Positions 23,496 to 34,347 of a stretch of DNA of 64,000 nucleotides are shown here, piece by piece. The notes beneath the pieces were generated by a model. It saw only the letters and a list, made by a program, of their open reading frames with translations, searched no databases and was not told the DNA's origin. The stretch is taken from positions 2,976,001 through 3,040,000 of the forward strand of contig NW_026889767.1 of the NCBI RefSeq assembly GCF_033153115.1, read 5' to 3'. Both the position numbers and the translations under genes were made by a program. Origin of the DNA: Saccostrea echinata. Its lineage: Eukaryota. Each line of letters starts with the position of its first letter. Within the stretch, counting starts at the first letter, position 1.

Positions 23496-23922
23496 ATGAT
23501 GTCGTATATACTGGCATTAGTAAAGAGCAAGAGCCACGAACCATCAAAAATGGCCCTGTGTCGAAAATTAACGGGTTTTTGTCAATTGATAGTGAAGACC
23601 TTTAGCTTTGCTTTGCCGTTTTTCTTTTTTCGATATCGATTATATTTTTTGAAAAAGAGAGTTTGAAGTATGATGGTGTTTTAAAAGAAAAATGCTAGCA
23701 GAACGTCATTTTCTGTAACGTAACGTCGTAGGGCGGAAAAATTTCATTGATCGATTTTGCATGTATGAATATGTGACTTTGAATTAAAACTAGTATCAAT
23801 AATATAATAAACATCATAATTAATTTAAGACGATTAAAAGCATTTGGAACTTGATTTTACTTGCCGTCTTTATGGTAACCTCGTGTTTAACTGATTGAAT
23901 TATATAGATACATGAAGTAAAA

Positions 23923-24398
23923 ACTAGAGATACTGTGAGCACTGAGCTCACAAAATGATACCCCGCCTATCATATATTTATAATGGCAAAGTCCATGTTT
24001 TGCTATGGGAGACCCGAAATATGTGTCTGATCAAAAGTGAAATAGGAGGTGCACAATGGCACAATGTAAAAAGATTCTGTGAAAGTATCATTAAATCTTT
24101 AATTTATTCAGGCGTATAAGAGGAGTTGCGGATAAGAGATGGGTACCCTAAATATTATTTAAAGAATGGCAGTGTCTATGTTTTGCTATTGGAAACCTGA
24201 AATATGTGTCCGATCAAAAAGTGAAATAAGAGGTGCACAATGGCACTATCTAACAAAGATTCTGCGAAAGTATCATTAAATTTTATTGAGTGGTATAGGA
24301 GGAGTTGCGGATAAGAGATGTGTACCCCAAAGCGTAATGGACGGACGGAAAGGACACCCCCATCACTATATACCCCAACTTTTCAAGCGGGAGTATAA
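23923..24398 (-). mobile_element. Helentron-associated non-autonomous element (HINE/DINE-1-like), nested
   Basis: Minus strand: TTATACTCCCGC.. end with inverted repeat, TCCGTCCGTCC microsatellite, two ~185 bp tandem units, subterminal GCGGGGTATC, hairpin GTGAGCTCAGTGCTCAC, ending CTAGTTT. Confidence 0.8.
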
Positions 24399-26526
24399 TA
24401 ATCTGTGTGACTGTCTTGGAATATTTTCATTCTACCTGGTCCCTATGATAATATTAAAAAAAGGAACACTCTATTTATATCCCTTCAACACATTTTTGAG
24501 CGATGCTTCGCTCCTAGTGAAGTATTGTGTATAGATCATCATAAACAATATACGACATGCTTCAAATGCCGATAGTCTGACCAACTAAGTTTTCCGGATT
24601 TTTCAGATATTAAGCTGATCTTTGTCATGTGCGTCCAGGCACATAGTATCGTTTTTTAAAGTTGGGAAGGGGGCAGTCGGGAAAAAAATAATTGACAACA
24701 TACCTGAAATGATCTTGAAACGAATGTTTCTGAACTGAAGAGCTAATTATTATCACACGTAACCAATGTGTAAAATCCACACTTTCGATTTCATTTGCAC
24801 ATTATGGTTTTTATGGTTTATAAAAAGAGTAGAGCTACACTGATATTGCTGATATGTGGGTCACTATCATAATTGAAATACATGTACAGGTGTTCATTTA
24901 TCCTTGTTTTATTATCTCACAATCAGCACAAGATTGATTTTAATCAACAAAAGCTTGCTTAAAAATATTTTACTCGAAGAAGCAATAAGAGTTGTCCGTA
25001 CATATTGTTTTCAATTTTCTTTATGATTTTTTTTCGTGAAAAGAGGCGCTGCCAAAACAGTCCCCACCCCCCTTCTCATTGAGGAAAAAATAAGAGGAGT
25101 AGGAAAGTCTTTAACAATTTTCAATTTCTAGATTGATTTCTATTAATTAACAATAAAGAAAGTTAAATTCAAGACAACCTAAGAGAATAAAATAAAAATA
25201 ACTACATTAGATAAAAATTTTGTTGCCATTAGTTTGTAACACCCCCCCCCCCTCTTTTTTTCAATCTCAACTGGAAGTCTTGGATCTACCATTCTACATA
25301 TCATGATACTAATAGTTTATACTGAGGGAGGAGGTACATGTACAAGTGTACTAACCAGAATAAGCTGACAATAGATTTAAAAAAAGAGTAAAAATTATTA
25401 TCCAAAAAAAAAAATCTACTTCTTTGGGTTTAAAAAAATCTAGCTATAAACAACTTACGGCCATACGTTTTAAAGAACATATTCCCGTTTTATTGATTTG
25501 TTTTTTAAAACACATTCTAAGATCTCTCTCTCTCTCCATGTGTTTTCACATCGCTGAATTCTTAGATAAAACCGTATACTAATAAAGTTGCAATGAAGAG
25601 GTGATGACGGATAAAAACTTTGGGTAAATTATATGTAGTGTACTTATTTATTTAATTTATGTTTTGTCTAAATAGACCTATAATCACTACCCTTTCACTG
25701 ACTGACGATCTGAAGCATATTAACTATACTAATAATTAAATTGTGTTAGTTACAATGAAATATTTGGAGCACAGTACAAAAAAATGCATAAATATTTTAT
25801 ACTGATGTCTAAGATATACGACATGCATTTAATGCAATTTTACTCACTGGGGGTATATTTGAATTATGTTTCACAAATTTAAGGATGACAAGATCGGGTA
25901 TATGTTTTATGTACATATGCATCAATAGCCTCACTTCGATTTTAATAAATACAGACATATTAAAAATATACCGATATATTCTTTTGTTTTTGATCACGGG
26001 CGCGGGATCGTCATGTGCAAGTGTTTTGACGATACCCGATATCGGTGCTCACATAACTGTATACTATAACTATACATTATTTATGGGTACCTGATTACAC
26101 ATAACCTCCTTAATAAAGACAACACATAACATTCTGTATAGGAATAGAAGAGGTCATTTATTTAGTCAAATAAATGACAGGATAATCAAACAAGTCATGT
26201 ATATGTAAACACAAATAAGACAATGCAAAACATACTAAACATAGTTCTCAACAATTATGACAAAGCAAAACATACTAAACATAGTTCTCAAACCATTATG
26301 CAATATTTATCAAAAATGTGATGTACATAATAAAGTATTTCTCTGAAGTAGGCTCAATATTCTTACATAATATACAGAATGTGATTGAAAAGATGGGGCA
26401 CCCGCCATAATACTAATACAATCAAAGTTACATGTTATTGGATAAATTTACACAATGTTCAAAAAATAAGGAGGTGGGGTGGGTGGTGGTTACTTATTTT
26501 CTTGGGGAATTCCTCTGTGAATTGAT

Positions 26527-26563
26527 AAAAATGGCGACTGACGCTAGAAACTGCGCATGCGCA
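26527..26563 (+). promoter_or_regulatory. YY1-like (AAAATGGCG) plus NRF1-like (TGCGCATGCGCA) motif pair
   Basis: Exact consensus matches at 26528-26536 and 26552-26563. Confidence 0.4.
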
Positions 26564-29500
26564 GAGGACACATACGACTTTTCTATTTAAAGAAAATGTG
26601 GCAAATACAAAATAGCAAGGATCAATACCCATAAATGTTTTATTATCATAAACCTGTTTTTGTATCAGCTTGTATGAGCCATGGATATAACTGAATTTTG
26701 TTAATCAACTGAGATGATTCTTCTGCATGTACATAAAAAAGGTGGATTTTGGTGCGGAAATGCAGATGATTATCTTAATGCGTATTTTTTTCATTCCTTT
26801 TTTTCAATTTTTTTTTTTTAATTTTCACTTTGGACAGCAACCCATATCATTATTATTTCGCTTGTTTTAAAAAGGTATAGCGTGATATCTTTGCTACACT
26901 CTCTATTAATTTGTTTACAATTTAAGTCATGCCTGATAACACTACTAACAACAGTATTTTGAATTATTTCAGAGAGGGGAGGGGGGAGGGGTAGTAAAGA
27001 AAGACACCGTGGCGGGAATTTCTGATAACTTATATAATTTGATGGTATCATCCAGTTGAGTTTACATGTAATTAAATCATATACATGTAAATACATGTAG
27101 GGGCACTATCTAGAGCGTTAAAAACTTTTCAGCAACATCCCAAATAATTTACAGCCTTTATGACGTCACAACTGACGTATTACTAGTAACGTCATACATA
27201 ATGACCTAGTCATAGTAAAAACCACAAAGTTTTTCCAGACATTTATTTCAGAAAATGTATGTAGTTGACTATTTTTCACATTTAGCGTTTTAAATGAACA
27301 ATTTACTGATTTTCTAGCATATTTTGTGAAATTTATATTTTTTTTATTATTACATGAATTGAATGTAAACGATTGATCTACAAATTAAGGATTATTTGAT
27401 CCATCAAAATTTAGATATAAAATCAGATTTCATATTGGCCACAGCCACGAACAACAACGATATTAAACATAAAGATTTGTATCGGTAATATCTATATCTA
27501 TGGGAAGTATAAAAGTTGTTCTTGACTGTGGCCACATCTAACTTTGGGAAAATCTGTCGAAAAAAGGCATTTTTTTAACGTTTTTATGAAACCGTCGCAT
27601 TTTCCAACCGTCGCACGTGTTTAATGGCGCATTATATAACGATATAAGTTATGTATGGAAAAGAAGAATGTTGTCCTCTAATATTTAACGTATAGTACTC
27701 TTCTTGAACCGAAACTTTATTTTTGTGAAAAACACAGGGCCAAATATGATGGTTCGTGGCTTTAGCTCTTTATCCCCATTAACCCTCTTACTGCCAGAAC
27801 TGTGTCAAAATTGTGCAGTTGATACGCCAGAACTTTTTCTTACAAGAAACAGAGTGCATTGAATATTTCTTTTCTAATTGTAAGCAACATCCTTAAGATA
27901 AATTCTTTATTGTAATAATTTTATAAATTTACTAAATAACGAACACAAGGACATTTCAACTTTTGAGTTAATGACGTCAGCTCCTTTGCTAATATTACGT
28001 CACAGTCGTAAGAAAAAGTCCGCGTAATTTGTCAAAGTAATAAAAATCATAATGTAAAAGAGTATTTAAAAAAAGAACATTTTAAACGCAATAATGAGCT
28101 GATTTTTTTCTTCCTGCTGTTTAAATTACAACTTATAAATCTCTCATTTAGAAGAGAGAATAACATAATTTAAAAGTATTCTAGTTATAAATTCAACTAG
28201 TATTTTATGTAAAACGCTTCTTCCTTTTGCTATAAAAACAGGAAAACGTCATCTAAATAAACCCCACACTTTTCGCCTAGATTTTTTTTTCTTGGACAAA
28301 TAAATAAGACTATTCTGTATGTCTATTCGATCCGCTGGGATACAAAAAAAAATCCTGCGTTACCAGTATTTTTTAAAATGTTTAGGCCTATAATATAATA
28401 TTTACTACAGATCGAAGCTCGTTAAATTATATACAATGGATAATCTCATTTTTGCCGAGAGACGAATTCAAACAAAGCATATTTTATCTGAGAATTTCAA
28501 GTGCAGAAAAAAAGAGAAATTTTCATAAATTTGACACATAATTTCAAATAAGATGTTTCTTACAGAAGTAGATCTAGCCGAATATCGCGGGGGGGGGGGG
28601 GGCGCTAAGCAAACGATGCGCACATGTGTTACAAATATTTGGAGGGGTGCTGGGGGTTGGGGTTGGTGAAATTAATAGATATAATCATATGTAACATAAA
28701 TTGTTTTTGGAACATTCAGTCATTGAGAAAATTGTTTGATGTAAAGGTGTGCATGTGGAGTTGGTCTACGTCATTGCCATAGAAACCGGGGGGGGGGGGG
28801 CATGGGGGCCGTAACGCATCCATAACTTTACCGATATATGGTAGACTGTGGGAAACATAGCTAGTACAATATATAAACATAGTTACTTTAGCTTCCCCCC
28901 CCCCTTCCCAATATTAACATAAATAGCGCCTGCATACTTTTTTTTAGCTTGTCAAAGAATTTTTGTTTGATAGCCCCCCCCCCCTCTCCACCACCCCCAA
29001 ATGAAATTCCTTACTATGGATATTGGACTGAAACGTCGACAACATATACATGGAACTCAAACAGTAATTTTAAGAATTTAAAATTCATATATGTCCCACC
29101 TAATTTTACAAATTTGATTCATTATTCTGTTCAAAATTTTCTGCTGATTGTAAGCAGGGTTAATCGAAATCTTTAGGCAAATCTAAAGAATGACGTATGA
29201 ACTATCTGAAACATATGGAATATAAAAGAAACACACAGCTTACGTGTAATTGCAGAACACAACATTTCTTTAATTACATGTAGTCATATTGTTAAATAGT
29301 ATTGCTTGCATGAAAATTTCGATATTTCAAAATTGTTGTAAAATAAATTCTATTTTCAAAAAATTAATGTAAAGAAGAAAAGTAATTAAGTTACATGTAA
29401 TCATAAAATACATTTTTCTGATAGTCGTTAGTTATTTGGTAAAACAGACCAGTTGTATACGTATTCTTATATACGTTTGTTGTGCAGAACAAATATACTA

Positions 29501-31495
29501 GTAATAGTCAAAGCAGAGGATCGAAAAAAGGAGAAATCATTTCAAATCCCAAGCCCCCCCCCCCTCCCCCAATCCCAGACACTTCTTTGACGGTCAATTC
29601 AGCATTGAAATTGAAACAATCCTAAATGAAAGGACAATCGGCTTTCCTACAATTGGTGCAGAATATGTTCAACTCTCGCACGATTTTGCATTTAACAAAC
29701 GTGGAAATCACCAATCTCATCAAGAATTTTTTTTACGGATAAACGGCCTGTTTCTGACACAATTCAGAAACTGTAGCAGATCATATCCAATCGATGAATG
29801 TTGTTTAAAAATGTAAACTAATTCAACCGAGGTTATACAAGTATTACTTCGGTAGCTATTAAATTTATTCATATCAATACACTGTTATAATTTAACTATC
29901 AAGTGTAAAAGAGGCGATGATTTCGCCTCAAAAATGCCTTCGAATTGAACAAGCATCCAGCAGTAATATGCATCCATGTGCGTTATTAGCAATTTGTCCC
30001 CCACCTTTCTGGTTCTTTCATTGATGGATATGTTGATATCAAGGTCGGTGGCAAATAATGAAAATTTTCAAAACAACAGCTTAAGGATGAGAACAGGAAT
30101 AATGTTATAGATGTTTATTTCAGTGGCGTGGCTATAGGCAAAAATAATGTGGATGCTTTTTCTGAATCAAGCTAGGGGGTCTGGGGAAGCTTTTAGCCTT
30201 CCCCCAGCCGGGGGTTGGGGGGATCCACGGAAATTGACAACATTTAGGAGTGTTAGATTGAGTATGCAGTGTTTGGATAATGCAAAAGAATTTATCTTTG
30301 AACACTGATACCAATTTATTAAAATACGTTCTCTTTTCAAAGAATTTTGTATTTTTCTTAAAAAAAATAATAATAATATGGATGCTTAGGCATGCAAGCA
30401 TACATAGAAGCTCTGCCACTGTAATTTATAAAAACCAGGAAATATTAATCCCGCTAAAAATGTATTTCAAGTATTCTGTCTCGTTACTACTATATAAAGA
30501 AATTGTCAGAGGAATATATGCACAAAGTGCGAACGATTTTATTTGCTCAGAAACATATCGGAATTCAGGAAATAAGTTGTGTTTCTCAGGAACGGATCTT
30601 TCAATATGTAAAAATAGTCGGTGCGAGAGGAAAGGTTTTTTCTTCGTGTGACATTCCGCAGTCATGCACCGAATTTACAAATGTATAACAAATCAAGCGA
30701 GTATTCTATCTGTAGATCTTTAGATATATACATTGTAATATATTAATCGAAGAAACAATGATTTATTGAAGATGCACTATTTCAAAACATAAATTAAACT
30801 ATTTTCCTTCTTTTAAAAAAATGGCGTCTACACGTCCCATGATTCACTTGAACATGTAGTACATGTACTCCTGGTTTGATTTTCTGAAATTCCCATTACA
30901 TTTTTTTTCTTTTGATTCCCAAAATCAGGTTTTTAGAGTGAAGTTTACTAAATAGCCATAAACATCTGATTTATTTCTGATCAGTTAAAAATTCATAATC
31001 TAATTTTTCTGTATATACTCAGGCCCCAAGATCGTTTAGCAATCCTAGACTTTAAAATCAAAGAAGATGGGCGTGTTTGGCGTGTGATCTGCAGGAATCA
31101 TGAGTACGAAACATTTATAGTTTAAATGTCCACGATTTGGTTGACTGACTACAGCTGGACAGGCGTTACAAAGCTACGCACATAGGAAACTGTTATATTT
31201 AGTTTGAAATAACATGTCAAATTGTAATATTTAGGTCCGCTTATCTTAATAATTAAACTTTAACATATATAGTAATGCTTCATATAAATAATAAACACCT
31301 ACCAAGATAATAAGGGTATAGTTAAATGTAATTACAAGTACATGTGTATATACAAGTATTACTGAGTATGTTGGAAGAATTGCTTTTGCTCTCGATGCAC
31401 CACAACAGAACCAGCATTTATCCATTTTAAAATAAATCAGTACAAAAAAATTTAAACTGACAAAAGAATTGATTGCTTGCATAATAAAATATTAA

Positions 31496-31570
31496 CGCTC
31501 CATGCGAGGATCGAACCAAAATTTTTTCGACTCCATTGCATTGGACGGGTAACGCATATTACTAAGCTAT
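31496..31570 (-). pseudogene. Degenerate tRNA-like sequence
   Basis: Minus strand shows TAGCTTAGT (A-box-like) and GGTTCGATCCTCGCATGGAGCG (B-box/T-arm); the cloverleaf is not intact. Confidence 0.45.
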
Positions 31571-32148
31571 CATCACTACACATTAAACTTGGCTTTTAAA
31601 ACGACAATGAAGGACCTCATTTACACATTGGAATTTTTTTGGAAAAAGTTCAGTTTTTATGGTCTCTGGGTCTTCTCTCCATTTTTTACAAATGATTGTT
31701 TGTTTCTTTGAATTAAAATGCATACAAATATCATTAGAAAATCATGGAGAGATGACCCAGAGATAGCAAATTTTTAGAAAAACGTGTTTAAATATGTGAC
31801 ATTTTGTACCAATTGAATCATCTACCCTATTTTCATATTATTTTCTAGCAAATCAAAATACAATTTCGGAAAAATATTTCCCTTTCCTATTTCACAGGAA
31901 CCCAAATGATCAAAAGAATGCTAAAATTTCGTGTGATAGATCAATGAAATTCTCACTTGTCAAGTGCGCCCAGATTCCTGCCGAATGCCAATCAAAAGCG
32001 CCCTCGTTCTTTCAGTAATTCACAAAACGGATATTTATTACAAACTGACCTATGAAAATTAAAATTCTGAGAGGAAAGTTAGGTGGAGGGGGTAATTTTC
32101 TCGATTTAAATTATATATTTTAATACCCTCGCACCTCGCACGACAGAG

Positions 32149-32360
32149 TACTGTAGATCACTAAATTTTAACGACACATTGTTTCCGCGAAATAATCCAC
32201 CCTTATAATAAGCGAGACATTTCTTTTTACGAACTGTGGTAATTGCTCTATATAATTTTTAGGAATACTTCTATACGCGAGAATGAAATTTTCGCGAGCA
32301 CAATGTCTCGCGTAATTACGCGAAAATAAAGTTCTCGCGAATAAAAATTGATTAACATCT
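32149..32360. mobile_element. Small MITE (TACTGT-ended, Tc1/mariner-like), nested
   Basis: Starts TACTGTAGATCAC, has internal CGCGAAAAT/TTCTCGCGAAT repeats, and a degenerate right end. Confidence 0.5.
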
Positions 32361-34165
32361 ATTTCCAAGGTATACAATTTTAAGATTTTATTATTATTTA
32401 CTTTCTTTACCAGAAAAAGTTTCTTCCTAAGGTAGAAGAGATGATTTATTAACAAAATTTTCAAGGGCAGATTGTTTAATTCCAAAATCTGACACCCCCC
32501 CTTTTAAATAATCGTCCCCTTAATAACACGAAAGGGAAAGATACATCTTAAATTCTATGTATGTTTCTATGAATAAAAATTAATACAAGTATACTTATCA
32601 TACTTTGCAAACTATAAGCGCTAACAACGATTCTAAGCTATGTCTTTAAAATAGGCTATGATATTTATGAAGTCATTATCATTATTCTTTGTGATGTTCT
32701 TTCTTTTTTCTTTCTTTTTTTTTTTTTTTTTGGTGACTCTTCAAGTTAATCTATAGTAAAAGTACCAAAAAGGAATCAAAGACCGTTTCATTTATAATTT
32801 GCAAAGTCCATTGCAAAGTGTTTTGAATATGCCCTGTACGTATTGTGACGTTTTTGACGTCATCACTGTGAGTTTGACGTCGTCATTGTATCACGGTTGT
32901 CTTTCAATATTTGCCAAGATAACGTTACAATTTTTATTACTTGGAGCAAATAAATGCTTAAATAAATACATGATTTATAAACTTAAACACTGAATAGATC
33001 AATACTTTTTTATATAAAATACTTTTGATGGGACATATATGACCCCTGTGGCAGCCAGTGGGTAGAGCCCATATATGACCCCTCTGGCAGTAAGAGGGTT
33101 AAACATATACCACCACAGTAATTTGATATTTTTACCACGTGCATTGCAATATTTCAGTTTAGTACATATACCTGTAGTAAATTTCTCCAGTGTTATTTCA
33201 TTGTAAGTCCTTGTGAATAGATTTTAAGAATATATTTACACATGTTTTAATAAGTTTTATTCGGGTGAATATAGTCTATACTCTATCGTCGACACTAGTT
33301 GATTAAATGTACTGATATGTACTTAAATGTAAGTGATACTTTGAAAAAAGTGTATATGATGACCATTGAATTTTAACAGGGCGACAATATTTTTTCCGCT
33401 AAAATATCTGCAAAATCTTTCGCTAAGTAGTAGTCAACCCTTAATTGAAACAATAAAAAAAAAAACATGGCGACCTATGGTACTTACCGTTTAAGGGTGC
33501 AATCAGAGTATCTCTAGAGGTACCATCACCTGCTTGCCAATGTTAACAATTTGTAATGGACTCATATGTATACTGTGGTGCCATTGGTGTACCATTGTTA
33601 ACATTGGCTGATTATTTAGTGGAAAATGTCAAACCAGGATATGATTATTGCTTCTTGCATCGGCATTTTGCAGCAAGAGAATGCGTTCAGAAATAGTTTT
33701 TTTAGTACAATAAAGTACTTAATTATCCCCAATAAAATATTTTCTCCTGCAAAACCATAGGGGCTTGTCTGTCTTCAGGATCGTTAAATGTAAAATAAGT
33801 TAATAAAATTTTGAATCTTAAACACACTTAAAAGTTGTTAAAATAAAGATTCTGACATTTTCAGTCAAGAAAAACCAGACATACTACACCTATATACATG
33901 TACGCAGAGTTTATGTATATAGGTGTGGTTTGTCCATATGCGCATATGGACGGATTATATAAGAATAGGTGATTTATAAGCAGTTAAAATCCGGGAGCTT
34001 TAAAAAGACACCATTTTCAAGGCGGTGTAACCGTGATTTCTGTCGCTAGTACTTAGGGTCGCTCTTCATAGAGCGACTCTGAGCACTAGCGACAGTTTTC
34101 ACTGGTACAGCGGTACCAAATAGTTAGGAACCGAAGACCTATGAAACCGTTTTATCGTAAAAAGT

Positions 34166-34347
34166 ATGGCGACATGCGAGCGGGAGCCTGCAGAGGGTTT
34201 TTCATTCAGAGGAAAGAAACGTCGTTTAGATGAAGAAGTTTTAAAAATATCAATATGCAAACAGCAGTTTAAAAGATGGCGTAATTTCAAAATTAAAGTC
34301 AAATGTACACGCGACTCGGAAGGAATACAAATCCTGCTAGACCATTG
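34166..34347 (+). CDS. Exon 1: small N-terminal domain (ISI..QFKRWRNFK...DSE.IQILLDHW)
   Basis: AGTATGGCG start and TG|GTAATT donor; phase 2 matches the exon at 35693. Confidence 0.75.

Larger units (their letters stand above)
23524..27769. mobile_element. Non-autonomous TIR DNA transposon, Kolobok-like
   Basis: TIRs AGAGCAAGAGCCACGAACCATCAAAAATGGCCCTGTGT and ACACAGGGCCAAATATGATGGTTCGTGGCTTTAGCTCT. Flanks GTAA and TTAT are each one change from TTAA; AG..CT termini. Confidence 0.7.
27783..33098. mobile_element. piggyBac-like non-autonomous element (5.3 kb)
   Basis: TTAA|CCCTCTTACTGCCAGA ... TCTGGCAGTAAGAGGG|TTAA: perfect 16 bp TIR with TTAA TSD. Subterminal direct repeat CATATATGACCCCT occurs twice at the right end. 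No transposase ORF. Confidence 0.9.
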
